From Spirochaetia bacterium (GTDB taxonomy: Bacteria > Spirochaetota > Spirochaetia > SZUA-6 > Bin103), in the NCBI GenBank assembly GCA_965203515.1, contig OZ241907.1:320001-384000 (forward strand): a DNA stretch of 64,000 bases, read 5' to 3'. Below the pieces are notes generated by a model. That model made no database searches, was not told where the DNA came from, and saw only the letters and a list, made by a program, of their open reading frames with translations. The translations under genes and the position numbers were made by a program. This document shows, in pieces, positions 8,673 to 18,358 of the stretch. Position 1 is the first letter of the stretch. Each line of letters opens with the position of its first letter.

Positions 8673-9056
8673 CTACCGGATATAGTAGCCGATCACGCGC
8701 CACGCGCCGCCGCTCTCCCCGGCGCCTTGGTCCCAGGCGGCCGTGACCGTCTCCACGGCCGCCCGCTTGCGCTCGTAGGACGCGGCGAACCGCATCATCC
8801 AGTAGCGCCCATCCGGCGCGCCGGGCAGCGTCTCATGGTGGTCGGCGCCGTCGAGCGATCGGGACACCGGCGCGCCCATCGGCGCCAGCGTCGAGCGCAG
8901 CACCTCGGCCAGCCGGTCCGGGCTCACCGCCCCGCGCATCAGCGCCGCGCCGTTCTCCCAGCACGCCCGATACTCGCCCGCGTCGAGCAGCGCCAGCCAC
9001 GCCCGGGCGGCCGCTACCGCCTCGTCCCGTCCGGTCTTCTCGGCGCCTCCGCTCAC
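8673..9056 (-). CDS. DUF4019-like protein
   Basis: AARAWLALLDAGEY, LPGAPDGRY, AVETVT, WRVIGYYIR; GTG overlaps the upstream stop (GTGA). Confidence 0.75.
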   Translation of the reverse strand: MSGGAEKTGRDEAVAAARAWLALLDAGEYRACWENGAALMRGAVSPDRLAEVLRSTLAPMGAPVSRSLDGADHHETLPGAPDGRYWMMRFAASYERKRAAVETVTAAWDQGAGESGGAWRVIGYYIR

Positions 9057-10072
9057 GTGAGGCGTCCGGTGATCAGGCCGCGCGGCTCCTCGCCGCGGGC
9101 GATCCGGTCCAGGTTGTCGGCGGCGAAGCGCGCCCGGTTGTCGGTGGTCGATTCGGTGCCGCCGGCCGTGTGCGGCGTGGCGTACACGTTCGGCAGCGCG
9201 AACACCGGTTGGGTGCTGTCGGGCGGCTCCTGCTCGAACACGTCGAGCCCCGCGCCGCCCAGGTTGCCGGCCAGCAGCGCGGCGTAGAGCGCCTGCTCGT
9301 CGATCAGCGCCCCGCGCGCGACGTTGATCACCCACGCGGTCGGCTTGAGCAGACCGATGCGGCGCCGGTCGATGACGTGGCGCGTGCCCCGATGCAGGTG
9401 CAGGTGCACGGACAGAATGTCGCACTCCGCGATGACGTCGTCCAGATCTTCGGGCGACCCCAGGAACTCCAGCGGCACCTGGTCGAGCACCTCGGTGGGG
9501 ATCATCCGCACGTCGATGGCGGAAATCCTGATCCCGAACGGATGGGCGCGCAGGGCGAGCTGCAGGCCGCTGGCGCCGTAGCCGACGATCGCCAGCTTCT
9601 TGCCGTCCAGACGCAGGCCCTCCGGATCGTAATAGGCGCCGCCGTGGAAGTTCTCCGCCGCCGTCTTGTACCGGCCGGCCAGCAGCAGGATGAACATCAT
9701 GGCGCTCTGCGCCAGCGCTTCCGCGCTCAGGTGACCGGGGCAGTGGGACAGGGTGATCCCCCGGTCCAGGACATGCTCGACCTCGACGTGGTCCAGGCCG
9801 TTGGTCTGCACCTGGAAGTGGCGCACGCCCGCCGCCGCGGCAAGGTCGATCTTCTCCCTGCTGGCGTTGCCGCCCATGTCGACCACGACCTCGATCCCCT
9901 CGAACTGCGGCGCCGCCGGCAGCGCCTCGTCGAACGCCCGGGTGTCGTGCCGTTCGCTGACCGCCGCCAGATGGCGGTAGGTGCGGCCGTCGGTAACCGG
10001 TACGCCCGGTTGCGGGAGGAAGAGCACTCGAAGACGTCGTTCAGGCATGTCGAGCGCATCATGGACGGTCAC
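9053..10072 (-). CDS. D-isomer-specific 2-hydroxyacid dehydrogenase
   Basis: IVGYGASG Rossmann motif, INVARG, GAGLDVFEQEP, ATPHTAG; start may be ATG at 10048. Confidence 0.9.
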   Translation of the reverse strand: MTVHDALDMPERRLRVLFLPQPGVPVTDGRTYRHLAAVSERHDTRAFDEALPAAPQFEGIEVVVDMGGNASREKIDLAAAAGVRHFQVQTNGLDHVEVEHVLDRGITLSHCPGHLSAEALAQSAMMFILLLAGRYKTAAENFHGGAYYDPEGLRLDGKKLAIVGYGASGLQLALRAHPFGIRISAIDVRMIPTEVLDQVPLEFLGSPEDLDDVIAECDILSVHLHLHRGTRHVIDRRRIGLLKPTAWVINVARGALIDEQALYAALLAGNLGGAGLDVFEQEPPDSTQPVFALPNVYATPHTAGGTESTTDNRARFAADNLDRIARGEEPRGLITGRLT

Positions 10073-10100
10073 CGGCGGGTGCTGCTACCCTCCGTCCGCA

Positions 10101-11129
10101 ATCGCCCGCACCCTCACCGCGTACGTCGCGCTCAGCGGCGAAGACCGCATCGCGCGGCTGGCGCTCGACCCCGACCGCGGGACGCTCCGTCCCGCCGGCT
10201 CGTACCCGGTGGCCGGTCGACCCGCGCCGATGGCGTTCGCCCCGGACGGGCGCGTGCTGTACGTCAGCCGGCGGCGCGACGAGCGCATCAGCACCCTGCG
10301 GATCGCGCGCGACGGGAGCCTCATCCACGCCGGCGACCTCGAAACCCCGTCGGGGGCGTGCTACGTGGCGACCGACCGCACCGGCCGCTTCCTGCTCTCC
10401 GCCTACTACGCGGACGGCGCCGTGGCCGTGCACGGCATCGGCGATGACGGCGTCGCCGCCGGCGCGCCGCTCTGCCGGTCCGCCACCGGCGTCGGCGCCC
10501 ACATTCTGGAGACCGATCGCACCAACCGCTACGCCTTCGCCTGCACCATCGCCAAGCCGGTCGGCTCCAACGCCGTCCACCAGTTCCGGTTCGACGCACG
10601 GACCGGCGCGCTGCGGCCCAACGCCCCGCCGCGGCTGATCGGCCAGGACGGCTGCGGGCCGCGCCACTTCTGCTTCCATCCGCGGCTGCCGCTGATGTAC
10701 GTCTCCAACGAGCAGGGCGGGAGCGTCACGGCGTACCGCCTCGACCCCGCCGACGGCACCTTGACCCGGTGGCGCACGGTCTCCACGCTGCCGCCCGGCC
10801 ATGAGGGCGAAAACGCCTGCGCGCAGATCCGCATCACGCCCGACGGCGCCAGCCTGTTCGCGCCGAACCGCGGCCACGACAGCATCGCCAACTTCGCGCT
10901 CGACCCGCGGACCGGCGCGCCGGCGCTGCGGGAGATCGTGCCGACCGAGCCGGTGCCGCGCGCCTGCCAGCTCGATCCGGCAGGCCGGCTGCTGCTGGCC
11001 GCCGGACTCGAATCGGGCCGGATCGCCGTCTACCGGATTGAGCCGGGGGACGGGCGGCTGACCCCGCTGACGATGACCGAGGTGGGCGCGTCCCCCATGT
11101 GGATACTGGTCCGCCGCGCTTGGCAATGA
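10101..11129 (+). CDS. Lactonase (Pgl/YbhE-like 7-bladed beta-propeller)
   Basis: GPRHFCFHP, YVSNE, NRGHDSIA, PRACQLDP; the 5' coordinate is approximate because no canonical start is nearby. Confidence 0.8.
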   Translation: MARTLTAYVALSGEDRIARLALDPDRGTLRPAGSYPVAGRPAPMAFAPDGRVLYVSRRRDERISTLRIARDGSLIHAGDLETPSGACYVATDRTGRFLLSAYYADGAVAVHGIGDDGVAAGAPLCRSATGVGAHILETDRTNRYAFACTIAKPVGSNAVHQFRFDARTGALRPNAPPRLIGQDGCGPRHFCFHPRLPLMYVSNEQGGSVTAYRLDPADGTLTRWRTVSTLPPGHEGENACAQIRITPDGASLFAPNRGHDSIANFALDPRTGAPALREIVPTEPVPRACQLDPAGRLLLAAGLESGRIAVYRIEPGDGRLTPLTMTEVGASPMWILVRRAWQ

Positions 11130-11184
11130 CTGCCGGAAAAGGACCACCGAAAAAGACCACGAACCACGAAAAGGAGTTGCACGC

Positions 11185-12042
11185 ATGACCCTGGGACTCG
11201 ACGACTATCGCTACCGGCCCGTGCCCGACTGGGGCGACCCGGCCGCCCGCGCGCAGCTCGGCATCGTCACCGCGGTGGCGACCGACGCGAACGACCGCGT
11301 GTACGTCGCCGACCGGGAGCCGAACGACGTGATCCGCGTGTTCGAGCGCGACGGCGCCTACGTGGAGACCTGGGGCCAGGATTTCCTCAAGCGGCCTCAC
11401 TCGATCTGGATCGGTCCCGACCAGCTCGCCTATATCACCGACATCCTCAACCACACGGTCGAAATCTGCCGGCTGGACGGCACCGTCGTGCAGACCATCG
11501 GCAGCCGCGGCCGGCCGGGAGCGCCGGGCGCGCCCTTCAACCGGCCGACCTGGGCGGTGCGGGCGCCGTGGGGCGACCTCTACGTCGCCGACGGCTACGG
11601 CCAGCAACGCATGCACCGCTTCACCCCGGAGGGCGATCTGGTCCGTTCCTGGGGGATGGAGGGCGGCGGCCCCGGGCAGTTCCGGTTGCCGCATTGCGTC
11701 AAGGTCGACCCGCGCGGGCGGCTGCTGGTGATCGATCGCACCAACGAGCGCATCCAGGTCTTCGACCGGGAAGGCGGCTTCATCGAGGAATGGACCGAGG
11801 TGCGGGCGGCCAACGATCTGGTGATCGACGATCGGGGGGTCATCCACCTGGCGGAGGCCGCCGGGACCGTGGCGCTGATCGATCCGGACGGCCGCGTCAT
11901 CGGCCGGTGGGGCCGGAAGGGGAGCGAGCCGGGCCAGTTCGTGGGCGCTCCGCACGGCATCTGGGAGGATTCGCGCGGCGACCTCTATGTCTGCGAGGTC
12001 CCCTTCGAACGCGACCGGCTGCAGAAGTTCGAACGGGTGTAG
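11185..12042 (+). CDS. NHL-repeat protein (peptidyl-alpha-hydroxyglycine lyase-like)
   Basis: PFNRPT, YVADGYG, GPGQFRLPH, DRTNERIQVFD; AAGGAG RBS. Confidence 0.85.
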   Translation: MTLGLDDYRYRPVPDWGDPAARAQLGIVTAVATDANDRVYVADREPNDVIRVFERDGAYVETWGQDFLKRPHSIWIGPDQLAYITDILNHTVEICRLDGTVVQTIGSRGRPGAPGAPFNRPTWAVRAPWGDLYVADGYGQQRMHRFTPEGDLVRSWGMEGGGPGQFRLPHCVKVDPRGRLLVIDRTNERIQVFDREGGFIEEWTEVRAANDLVIDDRGVIHLAEAAGTVALIDPDGRVIGRWGRKGSEPGQFVGAPHGIWEDSRGDLYVCEVPFERDRLQKFERV

Positions 12043-12046
12043 CGGC

Positions 12047-13174
12047 ATGTACAAGGTCGCCCTGATCGGCACCGGCCGCGTCGGCTATCAGTTCAGCTTC
12101 GGCGGCCTGCCGGACAACCATGCCGCCGCGGTGGCGGCAAGCGACCGGTGCCGGTTGACGGCGGGCGTCAACCGCGGGCGCGAAAAGCTGGTCGAGTTCG
12201 GCGCGCGCTTCGGCGTGGAGGCGCTCTATCACGACCACCGGCGGATGCTCGCGGAGTCCGCCCCGGAGATATGCATCGTCGCCACCCATCCGGAGCTGCA
12301 CTGCGGCATGGTGGAGGACTGCGCGGCCGCCCCGGCCACGCGCGCGATCATCTGCGAGAAGCCGATGGCGCTGTCGCTCGGCGAGTGCGACCGGATGATC
12401 GCCGCCTGCGAGCGCGCCGGCGTGCTGCTTCAGATCAACCACAACCGGCGCTGGCATCCGGAGTGGATCAAGGCGAAGGAGTTGGTGGATGCCGGCGCCA
12501 TCGGCCGGTTGAACTACATCCGGTGCTCCATGGACGGCGGCAAGCCGGCGCCGTCCTGGCGGAGCGAGCGCGAGGGGCCGCTGCTGCACGACTTCACCCA
12601 CTACTTCGACCTGCTCGACCTGTTCGCCGGCGAGGTCGAGTGGCTGTGCGGCATGGCCGAGCAGCGCTCCCGCCCGTGGCCGGTGGAGGACTTCAGCGCC
12701 GCGTTCATGAAGTTCAAGTCGGGGGTGACCGGCATCGTGCACGGCGCGGAGCTGACCGACTACGAGCACCACTCGTTCCGGTTGAGCGGCTCGACCGGCG
12801 TGATCCGCATGCCGGCCGAACAGGTGCGCCTGTACCGGTCGCAGCCCGGCGAGGTGGAGCCCGACAGCGGCTTTGCGTGGCGGGAGCTGGCCGAGGAGCC
12901 GGTCGACCGCCCGGCCGCGGCGTCGACCTACTCCCGCGCCCTCGACGAGCTGATAGACGCGCTGGAGGGGACGGCGACGCTGTGCAGCGACGGGCGCGTG
13001 GGCCGCCGCTCGTTGGAGATGATCACGGCGGTCTATCGGTCGCAGCTCGATGGCAACCGCCCGGTCGCCTTTCCGGTCGCCATGGCCGAATCGGGCGTGC
13101 AGGCGCTGCGCGCCGCCGGTCAGTTCGTGGCCGCCGGGCAATCCGACGCCGGGAGCCGGGGAGCGCGCCCGTGA
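12047..13174 (+). CDS. Gfo/Idh/MocA oxidoreductase
   Basis: VALIGTGRVG, CEKPMA, NHNRRW, HDFTHYFD. Confidence 0.9.
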   Translation: MYKVALIGTGRVGYQFSFGGLPDNHAAAVAASDRCRLTAGVNRGREKLVEFGARFGVEALYHDHRRMLAESAPEICIVATHPELHCGMVEDCAAAPATRAIICEKPMALSLGECDRMIAACERAGVLLQINHNRRWHPEWIKAKELVDAGAIGRLNYIRCSMDGGKPAPSWRSEREGPLLHDFTHYFDLLDLFAGEVEWLCGMAEQRSRPWPVEDFSAAFMKFKSGVTGIVHGAELTDYEHHSFRLSGSTGVIRMPAEQVRLYRSQPGEVEPDSGFAWRELAEEPVDRPAAASTYSRALDELIDALEGTATLCSDGRVGRRSLEMITAVYRSQLDGNRPVAFPVAMAESGVQALRAAGQFVAAGQSDAGSRGARP

Positions 13175-14502
13175 GCGTCGACCGCATGGAGCGCGGGCCG
13201 GGCGGTTGCTGCATCTGCGGGCTGCAGTTCGGGGACGAGGGCAAGGGGCAGATCGTCGACTACCTGGCCGGCGACTTCGACGTGGTGGTTCGCTACAACG
13301 GGGGCGCCAACGCCGGCCACTCGGTGTGGCTCGGCGACCGGCGCAAGGCGTTTCACCTCATGCCGTCCGGCATCCTGCGCGACGGCGTGCTCAACGTGAT
13401 CGGCAACGGGACCGCCGTGGACCCCGCGCAGCTCCTCGATGAGATCGACGATCTGGAGCGCGAGGGCCATGCGGTCGCCCCGGAGCGGCTGGCGATCAGC
13501 GATCGCGCCCATGTGGTGATGCCGTACCACGTGATCGAGGACGAGCTGATGGACCGCGCCTTCGCGTCCGGAGAAGACGGCGAGCTCGGCACCACGCGGC
13601 GCGGCATCGGCCCGTGCTACGCGGACAAGGCGCACCGCGTCACCGCCGTGCGCATGGCCGACGTGCGGGATCAGGCCTACCTGGCAGCGCGCCTGCCGCG
13701 TCTGGTAGCGCTCAAGAACGGCGTGCTCGGCGCCCTTGCCGCCGCCTCGGGGCGGCCCTTCGAGCCGCTCGCCTGCGAACCGATCGCCGCACGGTGCGCG
13801 GCCTGGGGAAGCCGGCTGGCCCCCTACGTCACCGACACCGCGCACCTGCTCGACACGGCATGGCGGAGCGGCCGGCGCATCCTGTTCGAGGGCGCGCACG
13901 CCGCGCTGCTCGACGTCGACTTCGGCACCTATCCCTACTGCACGTCGAGCGTCTGCTCGCCGGGCGGCGCGCTCGCCGGGACCGGTCTGACGGCCGATTG
14001 CCTGGGCACGGTCGTCGGCGTGGCCAAGCTCTACATGAGCAGGGTAGGGGCCGGTCCGTTTCCGACGGAGTTGCGGGGCGACGCGGCCGATCGGGTCAGA
14101 GACGCCGGCAACGAATACGGCACCTCCACCGGACGGCCGCGCCGCATCGGCTGGCTCGATCTGGTCGCCCTCCGGCAGACCGCCCAGGTGACCGGAGTCA
14201 CCGCGCTGGCCGTGACCGGTCTGGGCGTGCTGTCGACCCTCTCCGAGCTGCGGGTCTGCGTGGGCTACTCGCTCGGCGGGGAACGGATCGACCGCGTCCC
14301 CGCCAACGCGCGGCGCCTCGGCGACGTGCGGCCTCACTACGAGGAGCTGGAGCCGGTCGGCGGTCCGCTCGACGGCGTGCGCCGGCGCGCCGACCTGCCG
14401 GGCGGGGCGCGGCGGCTCATCGATCGGGTGGAGTCCTACGTGGGCGTGCCGGTCCGCTACCTCTGCGTCAGCAAGGGGCGTTCGGGAGTGATCTGCGCAT
14501 AG
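13171..14502 (+). CDS. purA: Adenylosuccinate synthetase-like protein (divergent)
   Basis: QFGDEGKG, GGANAGH, GTTRRGIGPCYADK, GTYPYCTSS, RVGAGPFPTE, GRPRRIGWLD; GTG overlaps the upstream stop. Confidence 0.85.
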   Translation: MSVDRMERGPGGCCICGLQFGDEGKGQIVDYLAGDFDVVVRYNGGANAGHSVWLGDRRKAFHLMPSGILRDGVLNVIGNGTAVDPAQLLDEIDDLEREGHAVAPERLAISDRAHVVMPYHVIEDELMDRAFASGEDGELGTTRRGIGPCYADKAHRVTAVRMADVRDQAYLAARLPRLVALKNGVLGALAAASGRPFEPLACEPIAARCAAWGSRLAPYVTDTAHLLDTAWRSGRRILFEGAHAALLDVDFGTYPYCTSSVCSPGGALAGTGLTADCLGTVVGVAKLYMSRVGAGPFPTELRGDAADRVRDAGNEYGTSTGRPRRIGWLDLVALRQTAQVTGVTALAVTGLGVLSTLSELRVCVGYSLGGERIDRVPANARRLGDVRPHYEELEPVGGPLDGVRRRADLPGGARRLIDRVESYVGVPVRYLCVSKGRSGVICA

Positions 14503-14528
14503 CGCTTGATCCTGCTATCGTGTCCGTC

Positions 14529-15485
14529 ATGGACGACGATCGATGGACCGACATCTTTCCGGCGACGTGCCTGCCGCTGAACGACGACTACTCGGTCAAC
14601 GAGGGGGAGTTGCGCCGCTACGTGCGCTGGCTGGCCGGCATCGACCAGATCCGCGGACTGGTCTGCAACGGCCACACCGGCGAGATCACCTCGCTGTCGC
14701 CCGCCGAGCGCCGGCGCGTGACCCAGGTGATCGCCAGCGAGGTCGCCGGCGACGCGCTGGTGATCTCCGGCGTGTCCGCCGAGGGGACGCTGGAGGCGAT
14801 CGAGCAGGCGCAGGCGGCCCAGGCCGCCGGCGCCGACGGCATCCTGCTGATGCCGCCGCACAACTGGCTGCGCTTCGGCATGAAGCCGGAGACGCCGGTG
14901 CGGTTCTTCGAGCGCGTGGCGGAGGAGATCGACATCGGCATCGTCATCCATCTGTACCCGGCCGCCACCAAGGCGTTCTACCCGGCGGAGACCGTCATCG
15001 AGATGGCGCGCATCCCCAACGTCAAGGCGCTCAAGACCGGCACCCGCCACATGGCGCTCTACGAGCGCGACTGCCGCCTGTTCCGCCGGCGCGCCCCGCA
15101 TCTGTCGCTGCTGACCTGCCACGACGAGTCCCTGCTGTCGTCGATGTACGTCGGCGTCGACGGCGCGCTGATCGGGTTTGCCGGCTGCATCCCGGAGCTG
15201 ATCTGCGAGGCGTGGCGGGCGGTGAAGGCGGGCGACTTCGCGCGCACGCGCGAGCTGCAGGACCGCATCTTCCCGATGGCGGAGGCGATCTACGGCATCG
15301 GCCAGCCCTCGGGCGAAGCGCACGCCCGGATGAACGAGGCGCTCTACCAGCGCGGCGTGTTCTCGACGCCGCTGATGCGCGAGCCGGTGCTGCCGCTCGA
15401 CGAGGCGGAGAAGGCGGAGGTGCGCGCGGCTTTGCAGGCGGCGCGGGTGGCGCCGGTCGCCCGGGAGCAGCCGCAGCCGGCGTAG
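14529..15485 (+). CDS. Dihydrodipicolinate synthase-family aldolase/dehydratase
   Basis: NGHTGE, GADGILLMPP, Tyr in IHLYP, Schiff-base Lys in NVKALK. Confidence 0.85.
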   Translation: MDDDRWTDIFPATCLPLNDDYSVNEGELRRYVRWLAGIDQIRGLVCNGHTGEITSLSPAERRRVTQVIASEVAGDALVISGVSAEGTLEAIEQAQAAQAAGADGILLMPPHNWLRFGMKPETPVRFFERVAEEIDIGIVIHLYPAATKAFYPAETVIEMARIPNVKALKTGTRHMALYERDCRLFRRRAPHLSLLTCHDESLLSSMYVGVDGALIGFAGCIPELICEAWRAVKAGDFARTRELQDRIFPMAEAIYGIGQPSGEAHARMNEALYQRGVFSTPLMREPVLPLDEAEKAEVRAALQAARVAPVAREQPQPA

Positions 15486-15494
15486 GATGGCGCC

Positions 15495-17042
15495 ATGGGC
15501 CGGCGCAGGCTCCCCATCGGCATCCAGACCTTCCGCCAGATACGGGAGGAGGGGTTCTACTACGTGGACAAGACCCCGTACGCCCGCCGGCTCGTGGACG
15601 ATTCCGGCAAGCACTTCTTCCTGTCGCGCCCCCGCCGGTTCGGCAAGAGCCTGTTCGTCGACACGCTCAAGGAGTTCTTCGAGGGCAGCGAGCCGCTGTT
15701 TCGCGGCTTGGCCGTCCACGACGGCTGGGACTGGTCGAAGCGTCACCCGGTGGTGCGGATCGACTTCAGCAACGGCAACTTCAGACGGCCGGGCATGCTG
15801 GAGGAGAGCGCGGCGGCGCAGATCGAGGACATCGGCAGGCGGGCCGGGGTCGGTTCGCGCGGCGGCAGCTCGCCGATTCGCTTCCGCCGCCTGATCGAAG
15901 CGCTGAGCGAGCGGACCGGCCGGCGGGTCGTCGTGCTGGTCGACGAGTACGACAAGCCGATCCTGGATGCGCTGGACGATCCTGAGACCGCGCGCGCCAA
16001 CCGCGACGACCTGCGCGGACTGTACGGGACGGTCAAGGCGTGCGACGCTCACGTCGAGCTCACCTTCATCACGGGCGTGAGCAAGTTCAGCAAGGTGAGC
16101 CTGTTCTCGGACTTGAACAACCTGACCGATCTCACCCTGGACCCGGCGTACTCGGCGATGTGCGGCTATACCGAGGCCGACCTCGACGCGGTGTTCGCGC
16201 CGGAGCTGCCGGGTCTGGATCGGGGCGAGATCGCGGCCTGGTACAACGGCTACCGCTGGCGGGGCGCGGAACCGGTCTACAATCCCTACGGTCTGCTCAA
16301 GCTGTTCCGCAGCCGGGAGTTCGAGGAGCACTGGTTCGAAACCGCGACGCCGCGATTCCTGGTGGAGACGCTGATCGGCCGCGGCTTCACCGCCCCGGAC
16401 CTCGAAAGCGTGCATGCCGATTCGGCCCTGTTGTCGTCGTTCGACGTCGACTACATCGCCCCGGAGGCGCTGCTGTTCCAGACCGGCTACCTGACGATCG
16501 TCGACGAGGAGCGGCGTGACGGCGCGCGGCGGTATCGGCTGGGATATCCCAACCGGGAGGTGAGGCGCGGTCTGGCCGGGAGCCTGCTGGAAGCATTGGC
16601 GCCGAACTGGCGGCGCTCCGGGGACGCCGGGGCGTTGCGCCGGCTGCTGGATGCCCGGGACTGGTCGGGGCTGGAGGCGCTGTTCCGCCGGTTGCTGGCC
16701 GGCATTCCCCATGACTGGCACCGCCGCAATGACATCGCCCGCTATGAAGGGTACTGGGCAAGCGTCTTCTACGCCTTCTTCCAGGCGTCCGTGGACGGCG
16801 TGTCGGTGGAGGACGCCTCCAGCCGCGGCCGGCTCGACCTGGCCGTGGTCTCCGGCAGGAACGCGTGCCTGTTCGAGTTCAAGGTGGCGGAGCGGTCGGG
16901 CCGGGGCGCCGCGCTGGCTCAGTTGAAGGCGCGGCGGTACGCGGACAAGCACCGCGCCCCGAATCGGGCGGTCGATCTGATCGGCGTGGAAGTCAGCGCC
17001 GAGACCCGCGACATCGCGGCGTTCGACGTGGAATCCGCCTGA
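15495..17042 (+). CDS. AAA-ATPase-like + PD-(D/E)XK nuclease protein
   Basis: LPIGIQTF, YYVDKT, LSRPRRFGKS, VLVDEYDKP, LFQTGYLT, YPNREV, GRLDL...FEFK...QLKARRY. Confidence 0.9.
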   Translation: MGRRRLPIGIQTFRQIREEGFYYVDKTPYARRLVDDSGKHFFLSRPRRFGKSLFVDTLKEFFEGSEPLFRGLAVHDGWDWSKRHPVVRIDFSNGNFRRPGMLEESAAAQIEDIGRRAGVGSRGGSSPIRFRRLIEALSERTGRRVVVLVDEYDKPILDALDDPETARANRDDLRGLYGTVKACDAHVELTFITGVSKFSKVSLFSDLNNLTDLTLDPAYSAMCGYTEADLDAVFAPELPGLDRGEIAAWYNGYRWRGAEPVYNPYGLLKLFRSREFEEHWFETATPRFLVETLIGRGFTAPDLESVHADSALLSSFDVDYIAPEALLFQTGYLTIVDEERRDGARRYRLGYPNREVRRGLAGSLLEALAPNWRRSGDAGALRRLLDARDWSGLEALFRRLLAGIPHDWHRRNDIARYEGYWASVFYAFFQASVDGVSVEDASSRGRLDLAVVSGRNACLFEFKVAERSGRGAALAQLKARRYADKHRAPNRAVDLIGVEVSAETRDIAAFDVESA

Positions 17043-17075
17043 CGGGGAAGACTGAAGGCTTCAGGGAGGGACGTG

Positions 17076-18239
17076 ATGCAGCCGTTGGCGCAGGACTACG
17101 TGGTCGTGGCGGAGTCGCCCGACAAGGAGCGGCACTTCGCCGGTTCGCCGGGGATCGCCCGGCTGCCGGGCGGGGAGCTGGTCGCGTCGTACGAGTGGTT
17201 TCAGCCGAAGCCGTACACGGAGACGCTGGCCGATCAGACCGAGGTGCGCGTGAGCGCGGACGGCGGCCGGACCTGGGAGCTGCGCGGCCGGACCGACATC
17301 ATCTGGCCGAGCTGCTTCGTCCACGGCGGCGCGCTCTACATGATCGGCAACCGGCGCCGGTCGCGGGAGGTCGTCATCAGCCGATCCGACGACGGCGGCC
17401 ACACCTGGACGCCGGCGGTCGAGGTGTGCGGCCGGCGCAGCCACGGCGCGCCCACGGCCGTGACGTTCACGAACGGTCAGGTCTATCGCGCGTTCGAGAC
17501 CTGTCCGCACGTGGGCCGCTCAGGCGGCGGCCGCTCTTCCTGGGAGTCGTTCGTGATGGCCGGCGACCTGAGCCGCGATCTGCTCGATCCGGCGGCGTGG
17601 CGGGCGTCGCCGATGGAGCGGTTTCCCGGCGCGCCGCACCCGATGAACACCTTTGCCTACCCGCCGGAGACCGGCACCGAGGACTGCTGGATCGAGGGCA
17701 ACCTCATCTCGGTGCGCGGCCGGTTGCGCAATCTGCTGCGCCTGCACGTGCTGGGACGCGCCACCGTCGGTCTGGCCGCCATCTGCGACCTGCAGGACGA
17801 CGGGCGCACCATGAGCTACCGGTTCAGCCAGTACTGCCCGATGCCGGGCGGGCAGTGCAAGTTCCACGTCGTCTACGACCGGGTCTCCGACCTGTTCTGG
17901 ACCTGCGTGAATCCGGTCTCCGACACGCTCACGCCGGTGAACGACCAGCTGCGGGAGATCGGCTTTCGCGGCATCGTCGCCAACGAGCGCCGCATCCTGC
18001 TGCTGATCTACAGCGCCGACGCGCAGAACTGGTTCCAGGCCGGCTGCGTGGCGATGAGCCGCAAGATGACCGAATCGTTCAGCTACGCCTCCAACCTGAT
18101 CGACGGCGACGACCTGGTGGTCCTGTCCCGCACGTCGGTGGGGGGATCGAGCCAGCACGACACCAACCTGATCACCTGTCACCGCGTGCGCGGCTTCCGG
18201 GAGCTGGCGCTCGACCTGACCCGCGACTTCACCCGTTGA
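17076..18239 (+). CDS. Sialidase-like BNR/Asp-box protein
   Basis: Asp-boxes SADGGRTW and SDDGGHTW; GGAGG RBS. Confidence 0.7.
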   Translation: MQPLAQDYVVVAESPDKERHFAGSPGIARLPGGELVASYEWFQPKPYTETLADQTEVRVSADGGRTWELRGRTDIIWPSCFVHGGALYMIGNRRRSREVVISRSDDGGHTWTPAVEVCGRRSHGAPTAVTFTNGQVYRAFETCPHVGRSGGGRSSWESFVMAGDLSRDLLDPAAWRASPMERFPGAPHPMNTFAYPPETGTEDCWIEGNLISVRGRLRNLLRLHVLGRATVGLAAICDLQDDGRTMSYRFSQYCPMPGGQCKFHVVYDRVSDLFWTCVNPVSDTLTPVNDQLREIGFRGIVANERRILLLIYSADAQNWFQAGCVAMSRKMTESFSYASNLIDGDDLVVLSRTSVGGSSQHDTNLITCHRVRGFRELALDLTRDFTR

Positions 18240-18358
18240 GCGCGCCGGCGCCGCTCCGCCGTCCCGGACCGCCCCGCCATCCCGGACCGCGGCGCGGCGG
18301 CGTCCGGGGTTCCCGGTCCGTTGACCGATCCCGCGCGGAGTGGTAGCGTCCGCCCCGG

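Noticed and set aside
12148..13170. Long N-terminal extensions in track ORFs (12148, 5356, 6643-8598, 13614, 27013, 32536-36195)
   Set aside because: They overlap other well-supported genes; real starts were reassigned downstream.
13171..14502. PurZ (Z-genome) assignment
   Set aside because: Retains Asp in GDEGKG, and there is no phage, datZ or mazZ context.
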